Source: Torpedo marmorata (taxonomy: Eukaryota). From it: DNA of 64,000 nt. The translations under genes were made by a program, and so were the position numbers. The DNA is taken from the NCBI GenBank assembly GCA_977017645.1, contig OZ360242.1, positions 19,964,001 to 20,028,000 on the forward strand, in the 5' to 3' direction. Numbering within the stretch: the first letter of the stretch is position 1; every line of letters begins with the position of its first letter. Under the pieces are notes generated by a model. That model was not told the origin of the DNA and did not search any database. It saw only the letters and a list, made by a program, of their open reading frames with translations. Below, piece by piece: positions 1-13,800 of the stretch.

Positions 1-364
1 ATGTGGACTCAAATCCAAGCAATCTCCCCTGCAGCGTTGGCAAGATCTGCGGTGTTCAACTTTATACAGTTCATGCATGAACCAAATTTGATCTTGACTG
101 TTTTCTGCCCTAATGAACTGCAATAGAAAGCCTTCTTCCCTCATCATCCCTCAACTATCTGGTCAATTTGTGTATCACCTGGAAAACCTCCAAGGATCAA
201 GAACTGTCAACTTACTAAATGTTTAAATGAACGTTCATGAAAATATTTTAATCTTTTAATTTAGCAAAACTCTTAAGCCAACTTTTCACATTTTAATTAG
301 GATGTAGAGTTCCTCTAATTTATAAGCGAGTTATTCTATAGATATTACTTTTTTCATTTATTTT

Positions 365-582
365 TAAATCCAGCATGGTAACAGGCCCTTCTGGCCCATG
401 AGCCCCTGTTGCCCAAATATACCAATTAAATGACAAACCCCACACGTTTCTGGAGGGTGGGAGGAAGCCCACTCAGACATAGGGAGAATGTTAAAAACTC
501 CTTACAGACAGCGCTGGATTCGAACCCATGTCGCTGGTGCTGTCATAGTGTTGTGCTAACCACTACGCTAACCATGCCGCCC
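365..582 (-). mobile_element. tRNA-derived V-SINE (HE1-like)
   Basis: A box TAGCGTAGTGG, B box GGTTCGAATCC, V-domain-like CTGTAAGGAGTTT...TTCCTCCCAC. Confidence 0.8.
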
Positions 583-834
583 CAAAAATTAAAATACATC
601 CGATTCAGTGCAGCAGCAACAGCAATGCAACAAATAATGCCTGTACTTCCGAATAATGTTAAAATAACAATTCCAGCCACACCAAGTCTATGGAGCTCAC
701 TGGAAGACATGACTGAACACAGGGGGGATTAGGTGTGGCATTTTCTACAGCACTGGAGTCATTGGAGGAGCTGCACTAGAGAGCTTGCTAATCACTTGGG
801 GCCTGGTCATAATCATCAAATGTGCTGTATGGAA

Positions 835-1432
835 ATAGTCATAGAGTGTGGAAACAGGCCCTTCAGCCCGACTTGCCCGTGCCGACCAAAATGTCCAACC
901 CATAATAGTCCCATCTATCTGAGTTTGACCCATATCCCTCCAAACCTATCCTATCCATGTATCCATCCAAATGTTTCTTGAACATTGTAATAGCACCTGC
1001 CTCAACTACCTCCTCTGGCAGCTTGTGCCATACACCCACCACCCTCTGTGTAAAAATGTTGGCACTCAGGTTGCTGGGCAGCACATTTAGTGCAACGCTA
1101 TTACAGCACCAGCGATCCGGATTCGAATCCGGCGCTGTCTGTTTGTACATTCTCCCCGTGTCTGCGCGGATTTCTTCTGGGTGCTCTGGTTTCCTCTCAC
1201 CCTTCCAAAATGTATGGGTATTGCAGGTTAATTTGGGTATTTAGGTGGCATGGGCTCATGAACTGGAACGGCCTGTTACCATGCTGTATGTTAAATTAAA
1301 TCAAATTAAATCTCTCCCTCCTCACCTTAAACCTGTGTCTTCTGGTTCTCAATCCCCCAACTCTGGGCAAAAGACTCTGTGTTCACCTGATCTATTCCTC
1401 TCAGGTATAGATATGAGATCACCCCTCATCCT
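835..1432 (-). mobile_element. CR1-clade (HER1-like) LINE 3' fragment split by a SINE
   Basis: FTQRVVGVWHKLPEEVVEAG..TMFKKHLDGYMD. Confidence 0.85.
1076..1310 (+). mobile_element. tRNA-derived V-SINE nested in CR1
   Basis: GATTCGAATCC B box; TTCTCCCCGTGTCTGCG...CTCTGGTTTCCTC; (TTAAA)n tail. Confidence 0.8.
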
Positions 1433-1520
1433 GAATGTCGACTGTGATGCCTGAAAATGGTATTGTAAATGGAACAACACACAGGTCAAGCAGCATCCAT
1501 GAAAGGCAATAGAGAGTCAA

Positions 1521-1897
1521 TAGCCTCTTTTACATTGGCTAACCAGTAAATTGGCCATTCAGTGTCCCGGTTAAAGAAGCCATTTTTGCTGTTCTCACTG
1601 GGCCACTGTTAACCAGGACACTGCGTCCTTTCACATTCACCACAAGGCATCCCCGGGGATAGGAAGAGCCTTCCTTCTACCGGAAATGTCATCAATGCAT
1701 CACTATTTGGTCCCAGGATACTAATTGTCCCTTTCACACTGGGCTAATTGGCACGCAGGCGTCTGTTGATGCCGGGGATGAGAGAAGCGGCCTAGGCCGT
1801 CCATCCCCGGCGTGATTTGACGCCGGCGTCCGATTAAATTGCTTTCACACTGGAGCCTTAACCAGTAAATTGGCCGTCAAGTACTAGGACAAGGGCA
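1521..1897. mobile_element. Putative PIF/Harbinger-like non-autonomous DNA element fragment inside a Penelope remnant
   Basis: Repeated CTTTCACACTGG-like subterminal motifs and TAACCAGTAAATTGGCC twice. It splits the Penelope repeat (GAGAGTCAA | ACGTCTCAGGCTGAAACCCTTCATCAG). TIRs are poor. Confidence 0.4.
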
Positions 1898-2754
1898 AAC
1901 GTCTCAGGCTGAAACCCTTCATCAGGACTGGCAGGAAAGTGGACAGAGAAAGAGAATTGGAAATGGAATTGTGAAGCAGAGAAAAGAGTAGAGCAAAGTA
2001 AGTGTTAATGACTGTGGGTGAATTTCCAGACACTCATTGTTAGTATCATGTCAAACACATTTAATTGGTCACTGCATTTCTCTGACATTGGGAAACAATG
2101 AAACTTGGCTGACACCAAGACAACAGGGCCATCAAATTTCTGCCGCACCCAATGGATTGTGGAAGCTGTATTTCCATCAATGTGAACCAGCATTATGTTT
2201 AAAAACAAATAACAAAGATGAACCACTGACACGACAAGAAGTTACGATTTGTTAAATAGGTTGGGGGTGGAGGGGAAAGAGAAAAAGTGGTGAGCAAAAT
2301 TTTTCCTGCTGCAAGCTACTAGACCAGACTGAACTCAATGAAGTAAAACATATGACATTAGGTACATTCCCAGTAGTACCGAACTCAAATCAGGTATGAT
2401 TAGTCATAAAAACTACAAATGCTGCAATCTTGAGTGAACAAAGAGAGGCTGGAGGAACACAGAAGGACAGGCTATGTCCATTGATAGATAGGGCCAGTCA
2501 ATAGTTTGGGTTTGGAGCTCTTGATCTGCCTACACTTGGCTCATGCAAGCATCACATGCTTCTGCCGTTAGTAATGAGGGTAGTACACCAAGTTACACAA
2601 GCATATTAGAGAATAATCAGGAGCCACACTACCCAACAATAGGTGCCTGTGGAGGCAAATTTTCCAGCTTGTGTCCCAGCTGAAGTCTGTGCGATGGTCA
2701 GTGATTCCAATTTATATTGTGTTTAATTGGTTTTCTTCAATTAGCACATTTAAT

Positions 2755-3575
2755 GCTGCGCCAACAACAACTTCGCACTCAATGTCACCAAAACCAAGGA
2801 GCTGATTGTTGACTTCAGGAAGGGGAAACCAGATGTGTATGATCCAGTGATCATCGGGGGATCAGAGGTGGAGAGGGTGAGCAAATTTAAGTTCTTGGGA
2901 GTCACTATCTCGGAGGATCTTTCCTGGACCCAACACACCAATGGCATCGCGAAGAAAGCACGTCTGCGCCTCTACTTCCTCAGGAGTTTGCGGAGGTTTG
3001 GTATGACATTGGAAATCCTGGCAAATTCCTACAGATGTGTGGTGGAAAGTGTGCTGATCGGCTGCATCACGGTCTGGTATGGTGACGCTAATACCCCTGA
3101 GCGTAAAGCCCTGCAAAGCCCAGGACATCACAGGCAAAACCCTCCCCACCATCGAGAACATCTACAGGGAACGTTGCCTTCGGAGATCAGCAGCAATCAT
3201 CAAAGACCCACATCACCCAGCACACGCTCTGTTCTCGCTGCTACCATCAGGAAAGATGTATAGGTGCCACAAGACTCACACCACCAGGTTCAAGAACTGC
3301 TGCTACCCCTCTACCATCAGACTCCTCAACAACAAACTCAATCAGGGACTTACTTAAGGACTCTTACTTTTGCACTGTATTGATTTTTTTTCTATCTCTG
3401 TATTGCAGTCAGTTTGTTTTCATTTCTTTATTTGTTTACATGTGTACGTTGAGTCAGTCTTTTTTGCACTGCCAGTAAGTGGTAATTCTGCCTCACCCGC
3501 AGGAAAAAGGAATCTCAGGGTTGTATGTGGTGTCATGTATGTACTCTGACAATAAATCTGAAATCTGAAATCTGA
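2755..3575 (+). mobile_element. Rex1-clade LINE 3' fragment
   Basis: KTKELIVDFR...FKFLGVTISEDLSW...LYFLRSLRRFGM; tail TGACAATAAATCTGAAATCTGAAATCTG. Same family as 41077-41802. Confidence 0.9.
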
Positions 3576-4239
3576 ATTTGGGTCATTAAAGAAAAACTTT
3601 GGCCATGCACCTCAGTCAGACCTGGTGCTCTTTGCTGAAGTAGTCTTCACAGATCAAGAGCTACAAACTTCAATGCTGTGGATTAAATCAAAGTTAGAGC
3701 CTGTAATATATTTACAATAGCCTGAATGTAAGATGGCTTGGAGTGTAACACCTGCACTGGCTGAACAACCAGGTAAGTGGCCAATGAACAGATTAGCATA
3801 GTGATGAAAATTAGCTGGGGACCTGTAAAACTTTACAATGCAAACAAAATTACTGTTATTAGTAAACAAAACCAGACTTCCACAAAAACAAATGGCAACA
3901 CATTTAACTTCTATTCGTTAAGTAGCTTAGAGGGATGAGGAGGCAGTAGTAGAAGGGAATAAGCTTGAAATGACCCTGTTTTGTCAAATGTTTTATTGAC
4001 CAAAATCTTGGTTCCCTATGATGGGGTTTTTATAAATCAATTTAATAATTCAGGTCTTCAACTTTATTTAAAAATACTTTATCTTATAAAAATACTAGGC
4101 TGCAGCATTAACCTTCATTTCTTTTATACCTGTTTCTCTGCAAAGCTTACCAATGGGAATTTAAATCCAAAAGCAATTGTATTTGCATTGTTGACAGATA
4201 AGAAGCTGGTTTGAATAAATGTGCTAATTTTGTTGGGTT

Positions 4240-5150
4240 AAAGGAAGCAAATGGTGAGATCTCACATGGATCTGTGCTTTGGTCACAGCTATTCGTAATA
4301 TGTAATGAGTTGGAAGAGGGAACACAATATAATATTTTGAAGTTTACTGCGAAGAGACTTTAAAGTGTCTGTGATTAAGCAAGTAACCAAAACAGCAGAT
4401 GCAGTGTAGATAAAAGTAAAATTATCCACTTCGGTAATAGAAGGCAGAACCTTCTGTTAGATTGGGAAGTGATGTACAAAGAGATTTGGGTGTTCTTGTG
4501 TACCATTCTCTGAAAGCAAACACACGGATGCAATAAGCAGTTAAATCAAAAATGGTACATGGCCTTTGCAACAAGAGTATATGTTTTTTGGAGCAAAGAT
4601 GAGAGTTACTTCAATTGTACATAGCATAGGCAAGTCCACACCTGGAGAATTACATGTAACTTTGTTGACCTTACCCAAGAGATGTAATAAATGCAATCCC
4701 TTTATGGCAAGTAAGGTTCACCAGACTGATCCCTGCGATGATGAGACTGTTGTACAAAGAGAGATAAAGTTTAACTAGGTTTGTATTCATCAGAATTTAG
4801 AACAATTAGGGGAGATCTGATTGAAATTTACAACATTTTGACAGGCCTAGACATGCTGGATGCAGAGAGGATCTTTCCCCAGGCTGGAGGTCTGAAATGA
4901 GAGGTCACGGTCTCAGGTTACAGGGCAAGAGATTTAAGATTGAGAGGAGGGGAAATTTCTTCACTTATAAGGTGGTGAACAAGTGGAATTCAATACCACA
5001 GAGAGCTGAAGAGACTAAGTTTTTCATTGTATGTAAGGCATGAAGTGGTCTAGGATAGAAGGGATATTGCTTGAGAAAGGTGATTGGTGATGATAGTTTG
5101 AGTGTCAAAGCAGCCTCGAAGAGCTGAAAGGCCTATTGTCATTTATGTCT
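4240..5150 (+). mobile_element. Degraded CR1-clade LINE
   Basis: QRDLGVLV-like and RGDLIE-like remnants; FFT..VVN.WN motif. Confidence 0.7.
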
Positions 5151-7669
5151 CTCTGACTAAAGATAAACAAATGCAAAACAATTGCAGATGAATCACCATA
5201 AACTGGATAGAAGCACATGTGGAAAAGGATATGTCATCTTTCCTGTTGTCATTCCTCAACAATTATTGCACAGAAACATACCTTGGAAGTGTTGTTCCAG
5301 CAGTGTATTCTCTGAGCACAGGAAGAGTTGATGGCTGAACGATCTGGCACTTAGGCAGAATTTGGTAAGAACTTACAACAAGGGCCTCCAAGTACATCGT
5401 TCTTGTGCTAGACATCATCATTCTGCAGATTCAGACTGTGCCAAATTTTGAGTATAAATAATTTATGGAGAGCAAAACTTCAGCACAAATGATGGAAGTG
5501 ACAGACCTGGTTGCAGTGAACCAGTATGATACGTCTCTCACCATAGACTATTGAACGCTATAGTGCAGAAACAGACACGTTGGCCCATCTCGTCCATTAG
5601 GGGAAGATAAAGTTAAAAACTTGCTTTAATTAAGGTGGAATTATAAACTCCATCATCACTTCAATGTAATTATAAGTTGATTGAAAGCAGAATTATTTAT
5701 TCTGCCTAATCCCGTACACCTGCACCCGGGCCATAGCACTCCATACCCTTCCCATCCATATATCTATCCAATCTTCTCTTACATCTGTGTTGCACCAAAT
5801 ATTGAGGGGATTTAATATTCATTTATATTCATGTGACCTTACCATTCACCAAGAAACTTTTGTGCATTGTGGAATGATTTAGTTTGCCATTTCTCCCCTC
5901 TCATCACCAACGCAGAGTGCACCAGTTTAGTCTGAATCATGCAGGACAGAATCAGACCCTTCTGCCTGTTTAACTGCTCTCCAAAACGAACCCAGTATTT
6001 GTGATACATTAGTCTTTTAACATTCAGCTGAAGAAATTCAAAATGAATAAAGCGACTGCTGCTCTTCGTCTAACTTTGACAAGCTGAGTATCAGCAAAAT
6101 TCACCCTCTACATGGATTACTCCCTCCGCTAGGGAATGTCTTTTACATCTAACCAGACAAATTAGTCTAAAGAAACATTTAAGTAGAATCTCAACATTTC
6201 CAAAGTGACTTATCTGCAGACCAAACCACATCAGCCATGTGTTGTAAATTGCTGCTGTGTTCCACATATTCTGCATACAGTATGACATGGGTCACATGTC
6301 GAGTATAGTTTCCAGCTGTACTGAAACATAACTCTGCCAAGTAACAATACACAGGTGGTTTAAATTTAACTCTTTTGTCCCATGTTTTGATGTTGTTCCT
6401 TTCAAAGCACGCATCTCAGCTTCACAAACTCATGGATGTGCAAACAAGGACCCACAGTTCTTTTCTTCACTAAATATGACACTTAACTAACATTAAAAGA
6501 TACAATGAATGTTTTGTTGAGATTGTCAATCAAATGAGCTCCCACATCCCCCTCCCCCCACGAGAAAGAACCTCGATTTAAAATAGTCTAAAAAGAGATA
6601 TGGAGCAGGTCTAAAAGTTCTGCTTTCAGTTAAATTCTAACTACATTGAAGCAATTATACATTTTATAATGCCACTTAAATTAAAGCAAGTGTTTAGGTT
6701 TCTATTCCCCTGAATCCAGACTGCACCATATGGAGTGCTAAAAGGTCTATTCTTGTGATAACAATAGCAGAAAACTAAAACTTCATATCCAAAAGGGTCC
6801 AGCTTTCCTTCTGAAAGAAATTACATCTATAAATCTACATAACAGATCGCTCAATCAAACAACAAATCTGTTCTTTGCAGGCTCTTATTTTCTTTAAAAG
6901 ACAAGCTGCATTGACAGAATAGGTTAGGTTAACGGCATAGTCTTGTTGCATAGTTGTTTTCCAAAGTTATTAAAATGACACAGTTTTAGAAATTGTACTT
7001 CCTCATTTCTACATTTAATAAGTATTTGCAACATGAATAGAATTATTGCAGCTCAGCTGCTGAGGAGGAAAAGAAACAAAAGGAAGAATTTGGATGTGAC
7101 ACATGCTTGGCATTGTTAAAGACAAATGAACCATACGCTAAAGGTTAACCTTGCCCTCACTTGAGTGAACTGGAGATTTTTTCCATATACAAAAACTTGA
7201 GGTGAAAAAGAACCCTATTGAAGAATTGAACTGAAAGATGCAGAAGTTTTACATTTGAAAACACAAAAGTTCCTTTCATTATGGGACAAATGTGTGGATT
7301 GGTTATACAAGCAGCAGTTTAAAATATAGTCAGCAAAGATGCATTGCCTAAGCTTATTTCACAAGTGCCATACAATTATGTAACTCAGGAATCATGTTCT
7401 AGTAGCAAAATTGACTTATGCACATTTCAATGAACAAATCTCCAAAAGCAAAGAGGTGCACGATTTCTGTTAATGGTTGTTACACCCTGTAGATGACATC
7501 AATTTCTACAGTGGTCAGAAAATCTGCTTCTGATGGCTGCCAACTGTTTTTGGATGAAATGTTATTATGTCACCCTTACTCTTTGTAAAAAAACATCTTA
7601 CTCTCTTGTGACTTGACCCTAGCCACAGTGATGGCACCCAAGGTTTACCACCTTGGTTGCCAATACTTG

Positions 7670-7800
7670 ATATTTATTCCTGATGAAGGGCTCAAGCCCA
7701 AAATGTTGATTGCCTTTTACTTCCCATGTCCTGCTGAGTTTCTCCAGCACTTTTGCGTATTGTGCTTGACCCCAGCATCACAGATTTTCTTGTTTAACTT
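7670..7800 (+). mobile_element. Penelope terminal-repeat remnant
   Basis: CCTGATGAAGGGCTCAAGCCCAAAATGTTG...CCTGCTGAGTTTCTCCAGCA. Confidence 0.7.
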
Positions 7801-9044
7801 GAAATTTAGCTTCCTTGGTCTCTCAAAGAGCAGTGTTGATAGCTGGGGATAATGTTGGATTCTCTTAACCCAGAAAATCCTCCAGAATGAGACGATCATT
7901 GCCGACCAATTGGGTGCAGTTACAGGACATCTCCTTGACCAGATATATCACTGATCACTGTTGCATTAACAGGGAAACCATGCAAATAGGTCTGCATACA
8001 AATCAAGGAGAAGCTATACATTGCAGATTGGCTGTGTAGCTTTTTACACCTAGAGTAATAACCTACCCTGCTGAACAACGTATCAAACTAGGCCTATAAG
8101 GAGTTGCCAGGGCCCCATCACATTCATTATATTTACCCATTTGTTGAATAATTAGCAAAATTCAAACAAATAAGAAAAAAATTCTGTGGCTAACATTTAA
8201 TTTTCTCTATGCAAGACCTGCCAGTCAGACATGGATTTCCCGTAAAAGACATAAAAATGGTTTTCTCATAAAACCTATAGATAAAACAATGTAAACTGTT
8301 ATAGCAGAGCCTCAATTAGCAAACAACACATGTTTCATTCTGATAATTAATTTATTAACCAATGTAACTAGGGAATATAATTCTCAAATTACTACAATAA
8401 CGATCATTCTTAACTGGATTAGTTTCAGGATTGAGGGTAATTCTAAGCTTTATTTTAGGATGCAAAATTTACTGAAAATATTCTATTCTTCATAAAGTAG
8501 TCAAATGATAATATGCTTCATGATGCATGAATTAGTCTTCTACTTTTACCACAAAAAGACTCATAGAGCTGAAGAATGATAATGAATGGAGTTATATTGC
8601 CTCCAACGACAAGTCTCTTTTGTTGAACTAATTGACCGGATTTGACCTGAAAATAGAAGCCCATGTGAAACACTTTTAGTCAAATAAATTCACATTTAAT
8701 CCAGATTTATCCGATCGAAACACAACACTTGAAACAATATTCCCGTTTTCTCACAAGCCAAATCATAGCATTCCTTGACAAATTAGCAATCTCCATAAAT
8801 CCTTCATGTGAAGTGGGTTGCAAAGCTGATCACCCATTTTTGGATTCCATTTCAAATCTAGTTGAACTCCAGGTTGAAAAGGGCCTCTTTTTGGTTAGGT
8901 AGTGAAGGAGTGTACAACATTTTAAACACAAACATATCTGTGAATATTCCATTTATGCCCACATGTGCATGTATATTTGTGATGTCAAAAACGTGGATTT
9001 GGCTGAGACTCCAGTATTCCCTCAAGTGAAGGATCTGAGAAATG

Positions 9045-10200
9045 GCCTTATGGAGTTTATAAAATCATGAGAGACATAGATAAGATGGATGGTTACAGCT
9101 TTCTTCCCAAAGTAGGGGAATCTATAAATAGAAGGCATAGGGTTTCAGTGAGAAGCAAAGGATTTAAAGGCAGGATCTGAGGTACAACTTTCTCACAGAG
9201 GATGGACAATATATTCAAGATTCAATTTATTGTCATAGTAATAAAACAGTGTCATATTACATGAAATTTATTTTTGCCTGCTGCAAGGCAGACAGATTTG
9301 CCATCGGCAGAAACTGCCTAAGCACCTCTAACATTCCTTACAGTCAGAGAAAGAGAAGCAAAAGAGAGTCCCCCCAGAGTCACCAAGTGTCTGTAGATTC
9401 GCCTCCAGCGCTTCCGCAGCCTCCGCAGCCACACAGAGTCCAGTCCAAACGATCGGCAACCTGAGCTCCAGATCCAAACCTCCAACACGGTCAGGAACCC
9501 TTCGGTGCCCTCGGCACGCCCTCGCATCCCGGTTCCGATACCTGGTACTCCTCCAGCCAGTTCGAGCCAGTCTCCAGCAGCCCGCAGCCTGGCGCGAGTC
9601 TCCCGACAGCAGTCTCCAGGAGCCCACAGCCTCCGCGGGTTCTTCGCCTCGAGTCGCCAGCAGCTCGCTGCATGTACTGGTCCTTCAGCCTCAGAGCCCC
9701 TCACTGGTCCGCTACCGTGGTCACCGTCCCATGGGTCGTCTCCTCTGCTTCTCCTTCTCAGACTGGGGGGGGGGGGTAATCTTTCTGCCCTCTGGTGCCC
9801 TGCTCCAGTCCTCAGCTTCCCCGGAGTCTGCAGCCCCTCGTGGCTGCTGCCGATTAATAGGCGCTGCCATCTTGGGCGCAGACCCCGCGGTCGCGAGATC
9901 TCAAACAAAACCACCGTTGGCTCCCGCAACGGGCCGTTCGAAGCCCGTGCAGAGCCGACGGCAGTCAACTGGGCGGCTGGACCCCGCGGGAGCGCTGCAT
10001 CTCCGCTCCCTTGCTCCCCGTGGGTTCAGAGGGTGCAATCTAATGTTTAAAAGACATTTAAACTGGTACATGGAGAGGAAAGGTTTAGAGATATGGGCCA
10101 AATGCAGGCAAATGGGACTAACTCAGGTAGATACCTTGGTCAGAATGGACCAGTTGGGCCAAAGGGCTGTTTCCACGCTATATAACTATGAATCTACTGA
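9045..10200 (+). mobile_element. CR1 3' fragment split by the 0.8 kb retroposon
   Basis: GAGTTTATAAAATCATGAGAG before the insertion and FKRHLNWYMERKGLE after it. Confidence 0.7.
9214..10030 (-). mobile_element. Same non-autonomous retroposon, inserted in a CR1 fragment
   Basis: Starts on + with TTCAAGATTCAATTTATTGTCAT. Shares AGAAAGAGAAGCAAAAGAGAGTCCC, GAGCTCCAGATCCAAACC and GCCATCTTGGG blocks with the other copies. Confidence 0.8.
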
Positions 10201-10214
10201 CCTTTAATGCACTA

Positions 10215-10845
10215 TTTCTAGATTTCTATGGTGAATATATCCTTTCTTGTACAAGTAGTGGTCTCATAGTACTCTGTATAATTGCACCAGTACTCAAAAC
10301 CTCTTGGAATAAAAGACAACATAACATTTGCTTTTGTAACTGCTTGCACCACCTGCATATTTTCTTTCAGTGACTGGTGTGCGAGGACACCCAGATCTCT
10401 TTGAATCTCAACTGTCCCCAAACGTGGTACTATTTAAATCCACCCCCCCCCGTCTTCTCTATCAAATTGTATAACTTCACACTTATCCATGTATTTAACC
10501 AGTAGTTCAATTTGTCTAACACGGTTTCATGTTGTTGGAAAGCTTTAATATTCCATTCTCTTCCAAATCATGATTCTGTATATATTGTGAGAGCTGGTGC
10601 CCAAGCCTCTATCCCAGTCATTGCCTACTGTCCTCCAAAGGGCCATTTATTCCTGCATTGGTTGCCATTTGTCAGCCTCATCCCATGTGCACACCAATCT
10701 CTTAAGTGGGATTTATTCAAGGGCCTTGTGAAAACCCAAATATATCACATCCACCAATTCTCTCTTATTCTACCACTTATTTCCTCAAAACACTTCAGTT
10801 AGTTAGTCAAACAATTTTACTTTCATAAATCCATGTTGACTGATA
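10215..10845 (-). mobile_element. Degraded CR1-clade LINE
   Basis: QRDLGVLAHQSLK..MQV.QAVTKANVMLSFI.RGFEY. Confidence 0.75.
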
Positions 10846-13800
10846 CTGTTAATCTTTAACAAAGTAGAAAATGCTGGGAAAACTCAGGTCAGGCAGGATT
10901 TGTGAAAAGAGGAACATTGTGCTGTGAGGGTAAATATTCTTCTGTGAGGGCAGATCCAGTATTTCATTGTGCTGCCATTTCTACATTCGCCATTATAAAT
11001 TCTCCTTTTTCTGACTGTAGTGAACCTATATTTGTCTTAACTGATATTTTCTATTTTAACATACTTGTAGAATCTTTTACAGATACCTTTTGTATTTCTT
11101 GCACGTTTACTCTCGTACTCTATTTATGTTTTATTAATGTCATTGACCTGTTTTTCTCTCCAGATACTGCTTAGCCTGCTGAGTATTTCCATTAGTCTGT
11201 TTATATTTATGCTTAGCCTAGTTGTTTTTTTTCTGCACACATATTTAACTGATAAAACCGGTTTCAACTATTTCCATGCCATTGATGATCAAAGGGACAG
11301 CCAAATGGCTGCATTAATCTATTAATAAAGTCATCTTACTCTGGAGCAAGGACAGTTGAAAGATCAAATAGATTATTCTCCATTTCCCACTCACCCTTTT
11401 CATGTAGGTTGCTGCAATACTGTTTTGCTCTATGTTATACCTTGGGGGTAGCATATCCATTATCCTTTCCCACATCTTCACACTAACCACACAGACCAAC
11501 ACTTTGGGCTCTGGATAAGAGGAGACTATATTAACGGTAGGACACAACACTAGTTGAAACCTTTTGTGCACCATGCAGCCCTGCTTGGAATGATATTAAA
11601 GTTTTTCACAAATTCTGGGCAAAACAACCATTGGTTGAAAATAGTCTGTGCTGTTAGTAATTTTCCAACAATTCTTTTTGTGGATTTTGGATGTCAGAAA
11701 GCATAAGGAGGGAAAATACATTTTTTTAAATTTTTGAAGTAATCTGGATTTTTCAATGAGACTTATTTTCCCATCAGAACTCATTTCCCCCATCATTCAC
11801 TATTTTCTGACGTAGCCATGATGTTACACTTAGCACCTGTGCAAGCCCAGATCTACTGTCGAGGCTAAAGAGCAACATGAAGCTGCTGGTGTAGATGGAT
11901 ATTTGGCAAAAAAATGAAAACAAAGAAGAGGTAGTCTCATATGATTTTATCTTTATAAACTGCCAGGGTTGAAAATCTGATTAACTTATTTATTTTATAA
12001 AATTAACTTGGATCTTTTGTTTGCTCTAATTGAATTTTGACTGGACAAAGAGAGCTGCAGAAAAATATTGCTGGTAGAATGAAGTTGCATACAAGGAGGC
12101 TCCATTGCCTCTTGCAACAAGGGTCACAAATGAAGTAACTCCCCACTCATTTTACAACAAACAATTGACGTGTAAAAATATAATGTAGCAGAATATAGTA
12201 TAAATGCTAAGAAACAAGAAGCAGAACATACATTTGAATGGATATAGGACCAAAGAAACTAATATTCATAATGCTTTTTTATTCACCATTGGAATTAGTT
12301 CAGGAATGGAAAACCATACCAGCCATACCGACTATCTCCTGCAAGTCCTTCCAGAGTTACTTTAGCTGGCCAGAAAGTGGAACAGTGGAAGATTAGGGGC
12401 TGAGTGTCCAGGTAAGCATTTTCAAGTTGGTTTACAAGCAATAAATACATTTTCAACTTGGACCTTAAACAACCAAAATAGATATCTTGAGCAAGAAGAA
12501 TGCCCGGGATGGGAAAGAGATTGGACAGGTCCATTTTCAGTAATGTTGCTGCCCTTTCTTATGGTTTCAAGGGCTGTAAACTATAAAGTAATACTAGTTC
12601 TTTGAGGATAATTTCTTGACAGCAGTTCCCTAATAGTCTTCAACAGAGAGGATGGAGTAACGGTGTGGAGACAGAAAGATCATAACGGGTTGAAATTAGA
12701 TATTTAGAGAAAAGTTATTCCCATCAGTAGACAAATCGAGCACACAGATTCGAACTAATGTGCCAAAGGTGATTTGGGGAGAGGCGAGTAGAGAATTTTA
12801 TGCACAGAGCAGTTTTGTTCTGGAACTCACTGCCAACAGAGTCAGCTTTCAGCAGGAAAAGACAGGCTTGAGAAAATAATTTGCAAAACCACAGGGAAAG
12901 TTTTCAGATGCTTTAGGAGCCAACAAGAACAGGATGGTATGAATGGCCTTTTTGTACAATAACATTTGATCATCATTCAAAATTTTAAAAGAAATATTAA
13001 ATCTTACATAATGCAATGGGAATGATGTCATCAATACGTTATGTAAAATACACATGAACACATAAAGGCTGAGTTTACAGATCTTACAGTCATCCTTACC
13101 TAATATTGAATTGAATAATAAAAATCTTTCCCTTTGTATCTCTAAGAATGAAAAAAATCAACATGAGAGCTTTCAAAACTTTGTGACATTAAAATGGGTT
13201 TTTGAATTTTGTATTTCAATTGACACAGACCTCTTAATATTGCTTTTGCTTCAAGTTTTCAAAACAACTTGGAATTTAAAGGAAAATGCTCGTTGGGCAT
13301 TTTGAATTTTAAGATACTTTGTTAAAGGTTTCAGATTAACTGTTCCATAAATCTTATTCTACCTTCATCTTTCTAAACTCAAAGTCCACAAGGATATTGG
13401 AGGCAGACGATTTTTAAAAAAAAACTAATTTCAAGGCAACATGAAGAAATACTTCACAATCACCATGACAACAGACCTAATCCTTAATCTTTCATGCATC
13501 CGAATAAAAGACAGTTTTTTTTCTGGGCTCAACACACTGGGCTTTTGTTTGCACTACCACAAAGGTGCTATTGGGGTTTACAAGCACAAGAACATTCTTG
13601 ACCCCCAATGCACTTGCAGAATTTTCCTCCCTCCATGAACTTGTTCTTAGGAAATGGGGAGGAATTCTGTGTGTGAGCCATGCAAAGCCAAACTGTAGTG
13701 AGATTTAAACATCACAACGACTCATTTTCAAGTTGGTGTCCAGATGAACCTAGTTGAACCCATTGGACTTCAGTGAACAGTACAAGATTAAGTCCTAATT

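Noticed and set aside
500-582. tRNA gene
   Set aside because: The A/B boxes belong to a SINE head followed by a V-domain; I see no cloverleaf.
9318-10207. Overlapping long ORFs (216, 181 and 158 aa)
   Set aside because: They lie in a GC-rich repeat and the frames are not conserved among the four copies.
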